This document shows, one piece after another, positions 39,870-54,424 of a stretch of 64,000 nt of DNA. Below the pieces are notes generated by a model. That model saw nothing but the letters and a program-made list of their open reading frames with translations, was not told where the DNA came from and did not search any database. Source of the DNA: Nemertoderma westbladi (taxonomy: Eukaryota; Animalia; Xenacoelomorpha); assembly GCA_032718475.1 (NCBI GenBank), contig JAUCBJ010009109.1:64000-127999 (forward strand). Direction: 5' to 3'. The translations under genes were made by a program, and so were the position numbers. Positions within the stretch are counted from its first letter, which is position 1. Each line of letters begins with the position of its first letter.

Positions 39870-40929
39870 CACGCATGACGATATACTTGAAGAATACTTA
39901 CTATCCATAACACAGTAATGTTAATTGGAAGGTCAAGTTGCTTGACGATTACTGGCTATCCATAATATAGCAGTGATATTAGTAAGTAACCTTCTTTACA
40001 CTTCCAATATAATTGAAAGATCAATTTACTTAATAGCACTAGCTAGCTGCCTAACGAAACAGGCCGGCTCGGTTAAGCATTATTGGATTACTTTGCTTGT
40101 AACATGCTTTTCCTTTCACTATGGTTACTAAAACACCACAACCCGCCAATAATGATGTAAACTTTCCAATTGGGCCCTTATGGGACTACTCAATGAATGT
40201 ATTGCATTCAATTGTACTGCATAAGAAGGGTACCAAACTAAAAAAATGTCACACAGTATACCATGTCCCGGAATATAGTGTCGTAATTCAGTGACACCCC
40301 CCCCCCCCCCTAATTTTTCTACAAATCTTATTGAGTTTGCATGAAATTAGAAACAGAGATAGTTTCACCTCCCGACCACTGACTGGGTGAGCCAGAATTT
40401 TTATTTTTGCTTTCATTCTTTAGCTACAAGCGTTTAAGAAAAGTGTCTCCGTCGATATTGCACCAGTCTCCACCGCAGTTATTCTTCAACCTTATAGTTA
40501 CAGTATCTGTTGGTACTGCTAGAAAGCTGGCCATGCAAGGATTCCAAATATGTAGCACAACCTGAATTTCGTTGAAAAATAGCTGAGGCGGGCGTTCAAA
40601 AGCTTGCATGGTTTTGCATCAGCGCTAGGCTATTTTATTATATTTAATAAATACACCATATTCTTAAAACAAATACAAATTCGGGTAAATCTATTCGACC
40701 TACGCGTAGTTTGTAACTTCCATTCCTGTCATTTACCGGTAGGGCCAGACTTACTGCCTTTTTAACAACTACGCGTAGGTATTTTGTAACTACGCGTAGG
40801 TATCCTGATAACAATGATTTTTCATTTCACGTCCGGTAGGGAATATGAAAGTATAAGTTGGTAGGCCTAAAGCCGTTATGTCAGTTTGTCCATTCATCAG
40901 TCTACAAATTGAAACAACAGTAGGCTAAT

Positions 40930-41100
40930 GTTACTACTAGGATCGGCATGCTGCATTGCAGCTGCATTTTTAAGAATGCTGTGCCGGCTTGTCAACAAAA
41001 TTGCACCGCCACAACTCCCTATCACCCATGACATTTGCTAGATCATCCGCATCTTCAAGGCCAGTGTCCTTTAAGATGCGCCCCAAGAAAGTCATGGGCT
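40930..41100 (-). mobile_element. 3' fragment of the RTE-like LINE also seen at ~49.0-49.5 kb and ~52.0-52.5 kb
   Basis: Reverse complement matches CCATGACTTTCTTG..ACACTGG.CTTGAAGATGCGGATGAT.TAGCAAATGTCATGGGTGATAGGGAGTTG. Confidence 0.7.
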
Positions 41101-41729
41101 GAAAATGTGAATGAAAATGTATGATAAGTCGGTCAATCTTTTATGCCAAACTTAGTACACATGTAGTTTACCAAAAGTTTAGAAATTCTACACACAGAAA
41201 GACTTTATAGTTCTACTGGACTTACGTGTGCGCGAAGGCCAAATGAACGCGTTTATTGTATATGTAAATATCACAAGATATTGTACTGTGATATGTGTAC
41301 GATATTATAACAAAGGGGTCTCTATTTCTCTCATATTTATTTAATGATATATGATAATATGTATAAAAAAGCAAACAAAACTAAAACTAACTGACTAACT
41401 AACTACTGATCAACTTTAATTCTTTAATTAAAATCAGACTATGTATAAAAAACACACATTGCGAAAACGGATTTCTGTAATTTCTGATATGAAAAATATA
41501 GGTTTTTACTACAATGTATTTAATTAATATATTCAGTTTCATTAAGCTATTCAAAGCAATGCATGCAATATAAAAATATACAGAATACAAGATAGACGTA
41601 ATACAAAAGTATTAAAATGGCATTGCATTACACAATTTGAAGGCAGAGGCTGTAGTAGAGGAAGAACTCAGCAATAATGGTTAGACCAAAAGTGTAACAA
41701 TTTTTTTAACTATATGTAATAATATGTAA

Positions 41730-43921
41730 TTAATGTAAAAATAATACTAAATAAATTTTTTGGCGTCCTTCTTGTCCGCAAGTTTCTTTCATGCTTGCCA
41801 ACCAGTTGATATATGGGACTTGGTTTTGCTTCTTTGGGCAAAACCAATTCCCATAGTACTGGCTATGACCAGTATCGGCAGTAAGGAACTGATTGCATGT
41901 GCTACAAGCATGGTACTTGCGGACCTTGGGAGGATCTTGTTGTGTAGGTACAGCTCCCTGCCTTTCGTTTTCGCCAATTGCTGGTACGACTAGACGAGGA
42001 TGGTTGATGTGGAGTGAGAATGGGGTGGGGGTGTGGGTGGTTGTAAGTAGGTGTGTATTGGTGTGTGTGTGATTGCGGGTAAGTAATGTACGAATGGGGG
42101 GGGTGGTGGTTGGGATGGGTGTGGGAGTGTGTGAGTTGGAGGGTGAGTGAGATAGGAGCTCTGTTGCCTATTGTATGCTTGAGGGTGTTGGTCAGTGTAA
42201 GGCTGTGGGGGAATGTAGTGTTGCGGTGTGTAGTGAGCCTGGTTTGGATAGTGAATGTCGTAATGAGACTGGGTGAGGTATGGGTGTGATGAATGTGGGT
42301 GGTAGGGTGTAGTGGGGATCTGATGTGATGGCTGTTGATGGTAGGGTGTAGTGGGGATCTGATGTGATGGCTGTGGGTGGTAGGGTGTAGTGGGGATCTG
42401 ATGTGATGGCTGTTGGTGGTAGGGTGTAGTGGGGATCTGATGTGATGGCTGTTGGTGGTAGGGTGTAGTGGGGATCTGATGTGATGGCAGTGGGTGGTAG
42501 GGTGTAGTGGGGATCTGATGTGAGGGCTCTGGGTGGTAGGGTGTAGTGGGGATCTGATGTGATGGCTGTGGGTGGTAGGGTCTAGTGGGGATCTGATGTG
42601 ATGGCTGTGGGTGGTAAGGTGTAGTGGGGATCTGATGTGATGGCTGTGGGTGGTAGGGTGTAGTGGGGATCTGATGTGATGGCTGTGGGTGGTAGGGTGT
42701 AGTGGGGATCTGATGTGATGGCAGTGGGTGGTAGGGTGTAGTGGGGATCTGATGTGAGGGCTCTGGGTGGTAGGGTGTAGTGGGGATCTGATGTGATGGC
42801 TGTGGGTGGTAGGGTCTAGTGGGGATCTGATGTGATGGCTGTGGGTGGTAAGGTGTAGTGGGGATCTGATGTGATGGCTGTGGGTGGTAGGGTCTAGTGG
42901 GGATCTGATGTGATGGCTGTGGGTGGTAAGGTGTAGTGGGGATCTGATGTGATGGCTGTGGGTGGTAGGGTGTAGTGGGGATCTGATGTGATGGTTGTGG
43001 GTGGTAGGGTGTAGTGGGGATCTGATGTGATGGCTGTGGGTGGTAGGGTGTAGTGGGGATCTGATGTGATGGTTGTGGGTGGTAGGGTGTAGTGGGGATC
43101 TGATGTGATGGCTGTGGGTGGTAGGGTGTAGTGGGGATCTGATGTGATGGCTGTGGGTGGTAGGGTGTAGTGGGGATCTGATGTGATGGCTGTGGGTGGT
43201 AGGGTGTAGTGGGGATCTGATGTGGAAGGGAAGCAATTGCCAGTGGCGGTTGGGATGTTTGCTTCCGAATGCGTACGTTTGCAATTCCTCCTACATCCAA
43301 GGGGTCATGTAAGGTCACGGGGTTGGCTGGTTGTTGCAGCTGCTCTGGTGGTGGTAGTGGTGGAAGCTGTCCTTCACTAGATGGTTGTGGGGCTGAACTC
43401 TCCAAACCAAAATTGGTTTCAAGTGCTCTGGCCTGATCCCGTTTGGTCTGCTTGTCAAACCATAGCTTCAGGGTCTGCTCATTGACATTGTATAATACCA
43501 AGGAACAGCCATCAGCTATAGGGGCACAGTGCGCAATTCGATTTCGGATTTTAGTGTAATGTTTTACCATTAAACGCCATCGCGAAAAAAATTTGCGCCC
43601 TGTGTCTGTAGTGACACGTTGACCATCCGGGTACAGCTCACCTAGTCGGATAAACACAGCCTTCACCACCCTACTAAGCGCTGGGCTTAGAGCAGGTGTT
43701 CCACCAGATAGGAAACAACGCCGCATTGCCTCAACGCCAGTGTTACCCAACCCTTTCTTTTGCCGGAATCCCCCTCGACGAACTACAATACTTGGCTGAA
43801 ACTGGAGATTCTTTTTATCAAACACTGTTAAACAGTTGAATTGTTTTATAATAAGATCCGCATCTCTGATAGACACTGCCAATCCCTCCATAGAGACCAA
43901 AGTCTCAGCCAAATCCACCAC
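41730..43921 (-). pseudogene. 5'-truncated, frameshifted C-terminal part of a DNA-transposon-type protein (resembles DUF6729-associated family), with an in-frame 39-bp expansion
   Basis: GVEAMRRCFL..SRVVKAVFIRL..RWRLMVKHY.KIR..YNVNEQTLKLWF, then in shifted frames SRTSNWRKRK and RKYHACSTCNQFLTADTGHSQYYGNWFCP..WL (Zn finger). Family recognised from memory only. Confidence 0.55.
42295..43223. repeat. 39-bp coding minisatellite (~24 copies; QIPTTPYHPQPSH)
   Basis: Unit GATCTGATGTGATGGCTGTGGGTGGTAGGGTGTAGTGGG. Confidence 0.95.
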
Positions 43922-43949
43922 TTTATCCCAACCAGGAAGAGAGTCTTTA

Positions 43950-44350
43950 TGAAGAAATTAGCAAGTGATACACACTGGACGCAGCAAGTTATTATAAAGG
44001 ATAATTGTTCTATCCCCATTGATCTACCAGAGAAGAAGATCCCTGAAGGTCTCTCAGTAGAGCGCCAGTGGTACCTGTATGACGTCATAAGACCGCACTG
44101 TCGCTCTGAACTTACAAAGGAACTATTCTGTAGTAAGCTAAAGGTTTCAAGACCAACGAAAGTTATTGCGACCATTGAGGGTCCATCCACTTCTTCAGCT
44201 TCAGCTGCTGTGGTCAAACAGACTAAAGGGAGAGCGAAAAAGTGTGGGGAAGAACCGTCCACCTCCGCAGCCACCACCAATGCAACTGAGCGTGACGGAG
44301 CGCCAGTAGTAAAACGGAGGAGAGGAAGGCCGAAAAAGACAAACAACTAG
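43950..44350 (+). pseudogene. C-terminal fragment of a Sola-like transposase with a terminal AT-hook
   Basis: LP..IPEGLSVERQWYLYDVIRPHC......FC motif and RRRGRPKK AT-hook/NLS. No catalytic core upstream. Confidence 0.5.
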
Positions 44351-47300
44351 TAGCATAAATAACTAAAGAAATAACTTACTAAAGAAATAAATAACTAGGC
44401 CTAATGACTAAGAACTAATATTAATAATTGTCATGAACTACAATTTTGAATTTGAATTATATATAATAATATCTAATGATTGTGACCATAAGTCATTTTG
44501 AAAGATCAAACAAAATATATATAACTTTTATGTAGAATTTAGCGATCTTATGGTTGCATATTATATAGTATTATGTATAATCATATTCTATATAACTCCA
44601 GCAATTTCTACACTTTAGCCAAATCGGGAAATCCTTGGTAGGACTGGTCATATGGATGCACAACACATTTTGATGATATAAGAATATTTAATTAGTTATG
44701 TATACTATATCTATATAACTTTATATATGTATTTGGTTTGTTTTAGGACTGTTACTAAGATAAAACATTTCCATTTTTAATTAAACATCAAATTTCACGT
44801 TTTTGCCTAACGGACCTACACCCTATCACAACATTTAATGAATTAAAATTGTTTTTACTAACTAGTAAACATCATTATGTGCAAATATCACGATTTAGAG
44901 TTATGACCGCTGATCATAGTACCAAACGAGAGAGAGCGAGCTTTGTTGAATAAGAAACGAAGTATGAAATTTTGATACATTACATTAAATTATCACAACT
45001 AAAAATGCTAAATAATAAATTAATCACATTAATATTGTAACATTTATATCAATTTACGCTATTAATTGCAGACTACAACTACCACTAACTAGACCTAAAC
45101 TTATAGCTGTTGTTATAAAATAATGAATGTCCTCACGCTTTTAAAAAATTTTAATATTAATAAGCTAAATATTATCATCTGCAACTTGAGCTGTATTCTA
45201 TTTCTCTATTTATTCCAGCATATTTGACCTTTGGCCTCTGAAAAAATATGCTTTTACAATCCCTCGAATATACGGATAAAAAGTTGGACAAAAAATAATT
45301 ATTTATGTAAAAGAATAGTCATTTTTCAAAATTAACAAAATTCATATAAGTTTGAGATAAAATATGCAGCCATATTACAAATTTATAAATCAAATTCCTA
45401 AATTCCATAAAACTGTATCTTTGATAAACATTTGTTATTTTATTTGCTATAATTATATTGCATTTTCGTTTCCTTTAAGTTTTAAATTCATGAAATAATT
45501 AATGATATTGTATTAATTATCCAAAATATAACTTAAAAAAAACATAATAATAGTTATAATAATATGACATGCAACCATAAGACATGTCAACTGCTAATGG
45601 CTGCATGATTTATTTAAACTATATTTCAGATTGAGTTTTGGTGTATTGGAAGGTTTGAGGTACTTGAAGTTTTAGCATTATTCTTTATAAACCTTTCCTA
45701 CTAAATATACCGAATAATGTTGAAATTTAATAGGCAGCCATATAAATCATTATAAAGAAAAATTTATACAATAATTACATTATCACATTAGATACAACTA
45801 TTATTGTATTTTTCTTTTTATTCATATTTTAAATTGATAAAATAATATTTCATAATGTTTTAATTAAAGAAATAAGGCTTTTAAAATACATATATAATAT
45901 TATTTTATTTATTTGTAATAATTATATGGAATTAATTTCGCACAAACAAATCGCCAGAGCGACATATTTTCCAGCTTTATACCGCAGTGCGACATGTGCG
46001 CAGTGCACATTAGTTATGAAATAAGACATGCAACCATAATACAGTCCCAGTGCTTAAGGCTGCATGTTTTATTTAAACTTTACTTTTGAAGCGAGTTTGT
46101 AGGTAATGGTTGTTTGAACATTGAACTAAGTAGATATTTCTCGAATAATTCCAGAAAATTCAGATTTATTTTAATTTTAACATATTAATTCTGACTTTCT
46201 GACCGTTTGTCTGTTGATCTGTTTTACATAATATAGTATCTCTCAACCCATAGCAAAAACCTATGGCATGGAGTTTTCCTAGTCTGTGATTTCATTCCCG
46301 ATTACGGTTTTCATGTTTGGTGGCATCTAGACTGTCTGTATGTCTGTCCGTTTGCCTGCCTATGTGTCTGTCAAAATATAATATTTCACCATACAAAGCT
46401 AAAATCTTGGGCATCTGTGTTTTATCGTTATCAGACTTCATTTTTAGTGGCATATAAACTGTTTTCGATCAGTCTTACATAATTAAATTTCGACCACAAG
46501 TTATTATATCCCAGAATACAGGAGTTTTCGCACCAAATATACTTTTTTTACCGCCCCAAATAGGTAAAATAGCCCCAAATTTCAGTTAGTCAGTTAGTCA
46601 GTCAGTCAGCAACGATTCGGTTCCTAATAACGGATCTACTGATAGCTAAATTATAATTACTTAGTCAAGCTGATAAACCCAGAATTGCTAATTAAAGTTG
46701 TGTGGTTTAGCGGATCACATTACTTATCAAAGGTCAAGCAGATTATTGTATTGGAAACCGATTGCTTATTAGAGTTGTTTTCATCCAAACCCAGTAGCTA
46801 ATACACGGATTACGTATTACGCACGTGCTGTAGGAATGAATATAAGTCACTGCAAACAAGTATTGTACTTTCTGTTTTGGTCGGCCTCCACCATACGAGT
46901 TTCGAATTATGTTTTTTTTTTGAGAAGCCGTTCTGTAGTGCAGATGATCGTTGGATCCACTAATATGACATGCAACCATAAGACAGCTCCATTGCTTATG
47001 GCTGCATGTTTTATTTAAACTTCATCTCATACATGAATCTACATGCAATGGGTGGTATATCTAAATAGATTGAGGCACTTGAATTAAGGTTGAAATATGA
47101 TATACAGCCGTATAACAGTGTAATTAGACTTAAAATAAACCTAATATTATTTAAAATAAGACATGCAACGCAATGCATTGCAATTTCCAGTGCTTATTTC
47201 AAGTTCCATGCACATTTTATTAAACTATATTCCATTCTAGAGTTTGTAATGTAGTTCGTGGGGGCTGGTTTATCTAAATAGATATTATTCTCAGAAAAGT

Positions 47301-47479
47301 TCGAGTAATTTCGATTTAATTAAAATTTTCATTTTGCTATTGGAATAACTAGGAATATTGATGTAATTAATATCCAATTTAATTTGTATCACTAATTAAT
47401 TGCAGTTATTACAACAAAGTTTCGGTAAACAATCATAAACTTAGCATATAATGGTTGCTATAAAGCTAGAGTTCAGATT

Positions 47480-47845
47480 TTATTTACGGTATCAATTTTC
47501 ATGTTTGGCAGCGTTTGTAAAGTTTTATGTCTGTCCGTTTGTCAGTCGATCTGTCTGTCAAAATACAATATGACACCCTACAAAGCTAAAATCCTGGGAA
47601 ATTCTGCTTTCTTGGATTCTGACTTAATTTACGGTAGCAGTTTTCATGTTTGGAAGCATTTTTACAGTTTGTATACCTCTGTCTGTTTGTCAGTCGATCT
47701 GTCTGTCAAAATACAATATGACACCCTACAAATCTTAAATCTTGGGAATGTATGTTTTTTTGGACTCTGACTTCATTTACGGTATCAGTTTTCATGTTTG
47801 GCAGCATTTGTAAAGTTTGTATGTCTGTCCGTTTGTCAGTCGATC
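47480..47845. repeat. 146-bp satellite, block 1 (~2.5 units)
   Basis: TGTCTGTCCGTTTGTCAGTCGATCTGTCTGTCAAAATACAATATGACACC.. unit. Confidence 0.85.
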
Positions 47846-48899
47846 TATTAGTCCGGTAGTTTCAGAGATGTATTCTAAAGCTTTGAACTTTGGGTCATGT
47901 GCCCTTTCTACTGCAACCGTCCCATTTGTCTATCTTTTGTCTCTCTGTACCAATATTTAGTGTGAAGTTTGTGCTATCTAGCCAGAGAACCTGTGGTTAG
48001 TGAGAACTAAAAATACGGCGCCTGTCCTTTCTCAAAATTAACTATAGATTATATAAAACATGCAGCCATAAAACCAATTCATTGCAGTTATTAATTAAAC
48101 AGACTCTTTGATGAAATTAGTAACTACAAATTATTGTACTTTCATTTCTTTTATATTCTCAAGGGATTAAATCATTTAAATAATTCAACTAACTAACTAA
48201 TTTAACCATTTATAATATTGTATTAATTAATTGACCAAAATATGACATAAAAAAAACATAATAATTATTATTATAATATGACATGCAACCATAAGACAGC
48301 CCCATTACTTAAGGCTGCATGTTTTATTTAAACTTTATCTCAGACGTGAGTTTACATGTAATGGCTGGTTTATCTAAATAGATTGAGACACTTGAATTAA
48401 GGTTGAAATATGATATGTAACCGTATAACAGTATAATAAGACTTAAAATAAACCTAATATTATTTATAATAATGCATGCAACTGTATTGAAAGTTCTAGT
48501 GCTTATGGCTGCACGTTTTATTTAAACTGTATTCCAGAAAAGAGTTGTAATTTAATGTGGGCTGGTTTATCTAAACAGATAATTCTCAGAAAAGTTCGAG
48601 TAATTCCGATTTTTTTAAAGTTTTCATTACTTGATATTGGAATAATTAGGAATATTGATGTAATTCATATCCAATTTAATTTGTATCACTAATTAATTGC
48701 AGTTATTACAACAATGTTACGGTAAACAATTATAAAATTAGCATATAATAGTTGCTATGAAGCTATGCAGAAGAAACAGACGTGTTTAAGAGATTATTAT
48801 TACTAAGTTAGTGATAGTTAGTTATAGAAGTATAAGTACGTTCGTCCTATAGGCCGCAACGCTGCAATAAGGTACTTTACTGCGTTAAGAGTAAAACAC

Positions 48900-49475
48900 C
48901 AGAACTCTGAAAAGTTCGCATAATATTGTTGCAAATGTACAAATTGTTGATATCACACGTGAACCTTTTAGAGTTTATTTAGGGCAGCAGTAGAGACAGC
49001 CTTCTTAGATGGGAGTCCATGCTGGTCTCTGACTGACTGCAGAGTATACAAAACCTCTGGATGGCACATTCACAATAATGCTACGCCGGGGTCATTGTGT
49101 CAAGAAGAACGAACACATCTCCATAACCAGACTGTGAACAACATCGGAAGTGTTTCATTAGTCTCCGAAAGCTTTTACTTGAACTGAGCTGCCACCGCCT
49201 TGTAGGACATTGCTTTCACCGTGTGGACCAGCCTGTGCATAATCTTGTGCTTTGGCGGCCTCATGGAACAACTATGTATGATGACTTTCCCATGACTTTC
49301 TTGAGACGCATTTTAAAGAACACTGGACTTGAAGATGCGGATGATGTAGCAAATGTCATGGGTGATAGGGAGTTGAGGTGGAGCAATTTTATCGACAAGC
49401 CGACACATCTTTCTTAATATTTGATATAATTAATGCAGCCGCAATGCAACATGCCGATAGTAGTATTAGTAGTTA
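48900..49475 (+). mobile_element. Decayed 3' end of an RTE-like non-LTR retrotransposon (duplicated at ~51960-52545)
   Basis: Broken translation ..GHCF..DQPVHNLVLWRPHG..TFLRRILKNTGLEDADDVANVMGDR..W and an (AGT)n tail. Confidence 0.55.
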
Positions 49476-49639
49476 TAGATGTTTGTTGATACCAATAGAA
49501 AGGTAGAAGAAATATTGGGTATAAAAGTTTAATCAATTATTATCTGATTGTAGCAATAATTAATCTATATTTGTACCGACATTTGCCGGGGCTCATATCC
49601 ATATACAATATATTAGACCAGACAGCTAAAATCTTCCAT

Positions 49640-50910
49640 ATGTAGTTTTTTCATCACTGATTTCATTTCCCATATCAGTTTTCAAGTTTGGCGGCATTTT
49701 TACAGTTTGTATGTCTGTTCGTTTGTCAAAAAACAATATGACACCTTACAAAGCTAAAATCACGGTAATGACTGTTTTCTTTGACTCAGACTTCATTTAC
49801 GGTATCAGTTAATTGATGTTTGGCAGCATTTGTACAGTTTGTATACGTCTGTCCGTTTGTCAGTCGATCTGTCTGTCAAAATACAATATGACACCCTATA
49901 AAGCTTAAATCTTGGGAATGTCTGTTTTCTTAAATTCCAACTTCATGTACGGTATCAGTTTTCAAGTTTGGCAGAATTTGTACAGTTTGTATACGTCTGT
50001 CCGTTTGTCAGTCGATCTGTCCGTCAAAATACAATATGACACCCTACAAAGCTAAAATCCTGGGAATGTCTGTTTTCTTGCACTCTGACTTCATTTACCG
50101 TATCAGTTTTCATGTTTGGCAGCATTTGTACAGTTTGTATGTCTGTCCGTTTGTCAGTCGATCTGTCTGTCAAAATACAATATGATACCCTACAAATGCT
50201 AAAATCCTGAGAATGTCTGTTTTCTTGGACTCTGACTTCATTTACCTTATCAGTTTTCATGTTTGGCAGCAATTGAACAGTTTATTATGACTGTCCGTTT
50301 GTCAGTCAATCTGTCTGTCAAAATACAATATAACACCATACAAAGCTAAAATCCCGGGAATATCTGTTTTCTTGGACTCTGACTTCATTTACTGTTTCAG
50401 TTGTCATGTTTGGCAGCAATTTAACAGTTTGTATGTCTGTCCGTTTGTCAGTCGATGTGTCTGTCAAAATACAATATGACACCCTTCAAATTCTAAAATC
50501 CCGAGAATGTCTGTTTTCTTGGACTCTGACTTCATTTACCGTGTCAGTTTTCATGTTTGGCAGCATTGTACAGTTTGTATGTCTGTCCGTTTGTCAGTCA
50601 ATCTGTCTGTCAAAATACAATATGACACCATACAAAGCTAAAATCCCGGGAATGTCTGTTTTCTTGGACTCTGACTTCATTTACGGTATTAGTTTTCCTG
50701 TTTAGCTGCATTTGTTCAGTTTGTATACGTTTGTCCGTTTGTCAGTCGATCTGTCTGTCAAAATACAATACGAAACCCTACAAATGCTAAAATCCTGAGA
50801 ATTTATGTTTTCTTCGACTTTGACTTCATTTACCGTATCACATTTGCGGCATCAGTTTTCCTGTTTGGCAGCATTTGTAAAGTTTGTATGTCTGTCCGTT
50901 TGTCAGTCGA
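49640..50910. repeat. 146-bp satellite, block 2 (~8 units)
   Basis: Same unit as block 1. Confidence 0.9.
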
Positions 50911-52739
50911 TCTATTAGTCCGGTAGTTTCAGAGATGTATTCTAAAGCTTTGAACTTTGGGCCATGTGCCCTTTCTACTGCAACCGTCCCATTTGTCTAT
51001 CTTTTGTCTCTCTGTACCAATATTTAGTGTGAAGTTTGTGCTATCTAGCCAGACAACCTGTGGTTAGTGAGAACTAAAAATACGGCGCCTGTCCTTTATC
51101 AAAATTAACTATAGATTATATAAAACATGCAGCCATAAAACCAATTCATTGCAGTTATTAATTAAACAGACTCTTTGATGAAATTAGTAACTAAAAATTA
51201 TTGTACTTTCATTTCTTTTATATTTTCAATTGATTAAATCATTTAAATAATTTAACTAACTAACTAATTTAACCATAATATATAATATTGTATTTATTAA
51301 TTGACCAAAATATGACATAAAAAAACATAATAATTATTATTATAATATGAAATGCAACCATAAGACAGCTCTATTACGTAAGGCTGCATGTTTTATTTAA
51401 ACTTTATCTCAGACGTGAGTTTACATGTAATGGCTGGTCTATCTAAATAGTTTGAGGCACTTGAATAAGGATGAAATATGATATGTAACCGTATAACAGT
51501 ATAATAAGACTTACAATAAACCCAATATTATTTATAATAATGCATGCAACTGTATTGAAAGTTCTAGTGCTTATGGCTGCACGTTTTATTTAAACTGTAT
51601 TCCAGAAAAGAGTTGTAATTTAGTGTGGGCTGGTTTATCTAAACATATAATTCTCAGAAAAGTTCGAGTAATTCCGATTTTTTTAAAGTTTTCATTACTT
51701 GATATTGGAATAATTAGAAATATTGATGTAATTCATATCCAATTTAATTTGTATCACTAATTAATTGCAGTTAATACATCAAAGTTACGGTAGACAATCA
51801 TAAAATTAGCATATAATGGTTGCTATGAAGCTATGCAGAAGAATGCAGACGTGTTTAAGAGATTATTTACTAAGTTAGTGATAGTTAGTTATAGAAGTAT
51901 AAGTACGTTCGTCCTATAGGCCGCAAGCAGCAATAAGGTACTTTACTACGTTACGAGTAAAACACCAGAACTCTGAAAAGTTCGCATAATATTGTTGCAA
52001 ATGTACCAAATGTTGATATCGCACGTAAACCTTTTAGAGTTTATTTAGGGCAGCAGTAGAGACAGCCTTCTTAGATGGGAGTCCATGCTGGTCTCTCACT
52101 TACTGCAGAGTATACAAAACCTCTGGATGGCACATTCACAATAATGCTACGCCGGGGTCATTGTGTCAAGAAGAACGAACACATCTCCATAACCAGACTC
52201 TGAACAACATCGGAAGTGTTTTATTAGTCCCCGCAAGCTTTTACTTGAACTGAGCTGCCACCGCCTTGTAGGACATTGTTTTCACCGTGTGGACCAGCCT
52301 GTGCATAATCTTGTGCTTTGGCGGCCTCATGGAACGACTATGTATGGTGGTAAGCCCATGACTTTTATGAGACGCATTTAAAAGGACACTGGACTTGAAG
52401 ATACGGATTATCTACCAAATGTCATGGGTGATAGGGAGTTGAGGTGGAGCAATTTTATTGACAAGCCGACACATCTTTCTTAATATATTTGATATAATTA
52501 ACGCAGCCGCAATGCAACATGCCGATAGTAGTAGTAGTAGTTATAGATGTTTGTTGATACCAATAGAAAGGTAGAAGAAATATTGGGTATAAAAGTTTCA
52601 TCAATTATTATCTGCTTGTAGCAATTAATCTATATGTGTACCGACATTTGCTGGGGCTCATATCCATATACAATATATTAGACCAGACAGCTAAAATTTT
52701 CCATATGTAGATTTTCATCACTGATGTCATTTCCCATAT

Positions 52740-54420
52740 CAGTTTTCATCAGTTTTGATGTTTGGCAGCATTTGTAAAGTTTGTATGTCTGTCCGTTTGT
52801 CAGTCGATCTGTCTGTCAAAATACAATATGACACCATACAAAGCTAAAATCCCGGGAATGTCTGTTTTCTTGGACTCTGGCTTCATTTACTGCATCAGTT
52901 TTCATGTTTGGCAGCAATTGAACAGTTTGTATGTCTGTCCGTTTGTCAGTCAATGTGTCTGTCAAAATACAATATGACACCACACAAAGCTAAAATCCCG
53001 GGAATGTCTGTTTTCTTGGACTCTGACTTCATTTACTGTATCAGTTTTCATGTTTGGCAGCAATTGAACAGTTTGTATGTCTGTCCGTTTGTCAGTCAAT
53101 GTGTCTGTCAAAATACAATATGACACCATACAAAGCTAAAATCCCGGGAATGTCTGTTTTCTTGGACTCTGACTTCATTTACTGTATCAGTTTTCATGTT
53201 TGGCAGCAATTGAACAGTTTGTATGTCTGTCCGTTTGTCAGTCGATGTGTCTGTCAAAATACAATATGACACCATACAAAGCTAAAATCCCGGGAATGTC
53301 TGTTTTCTTGGACTCTGACTTCATTTACTGTATCAGTTTTCATGTTTGGCAGCAATTGAACAGTTTATTATGTCTGTCCGTTTGTCAGTCAATCTGTCTG
53401 TCAAAATACAATATCACACCATACAAAGCTAAAATATCGGGAATGTCTGTTTTCTTGGACTCTGAATTCATTTACTGTATCAGTTGTCATGTTTGGCAGT
53501 ATTGTACAGTTTGTATGTCTGTCCGTTTGTCAGTCAATCTGTCTGTCAAAATACAATATGACACCATACAAGCTAACATCCCGGGAATGTCTGTTTTCTT
53601 GGACTCTGACTTCATTTAGTGTATCAGATTTCATGTTTGGCAGCAATTGAACAGTTTGTTTGTCTGTCCGTTTATCAGTCGATCTGTCTATCAAAATACA
53701 ATATGACACCCTGCAAATTCTAAAATCCTGTGAATGTCTGTTTTCTTGGACTCTGACTTCATTTACGGTATCAGTTTCCATGTTTGGCAGCAATTTTACA
53801 GTTTGTAAGTCTGTCCGTTTGTCTGTCAATCTGTCTGTCAAAATACAATATGACACCATACAAAGCTAACATCCCGGGAATGTCTGTTTTCTTGGACTCT
53901 GACTTCATTTAGTGTATCAGATTTCATGTTTGGCAGCAATTGAACAGTTTGTTTGTCTGTCCGTTTATCAGTCGATCTGTCTGTCAAAATACAATATGAC
54001 ACCCTGCAAATTCTAAAATCCTGTGAATGTCAGTTTTCTTGGACTCTGACTTCATTTACGGTATCAGTTTCAATGTTTGGCAGCAATTTTACAGTTTGTA
54101 ATTCTGTCCGTTTGTTTGTCAATCTGTCTGTCAAAATACAATATGACACCCTATAAAGCTTAAATCTTGGGAATGTCTGTTTTTGGACTCTGAATTCATT
54201 TGCGGTATCAGTTTCAATGTTTGGCAACAATTTTACAGTTTGTACGTCTGTCCGTTTATCTGTCAATATGTCAGTCAAAATATATTTTAACACACCGCAA
54301 AACAAAAAAATTCGATACGTGCTTTTTATTGTTCTCTGATTTCATTCCAATATCAATTCTCATGTTTTATGTCACTTTGACTGTTTGACTGTCAAAATAT
54401 CATATATCACCCTACAAAAA
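52740..54420. repeat. 146-bp satellite, block 3 (~11 units)
   Basis: Period 146, visible in ORF starts 52762, 52908, 53054 and 53200. Confidence 0.92.
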
Positions 54421-54424
54421 GCAA

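Larger units (their letters stand above)
47783..52748 (+). repeat. Segmental duplication with ~3.07-kb offset (47783-49683 vs 50851-52748); partial third copy at ~46963-47465
   Basis: Colinear, near-identical sequence, e.g. CTATTAGTCCGGTAGTTTCAGAGATG at ~47845 and ~50912. Confidence 0.9.
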
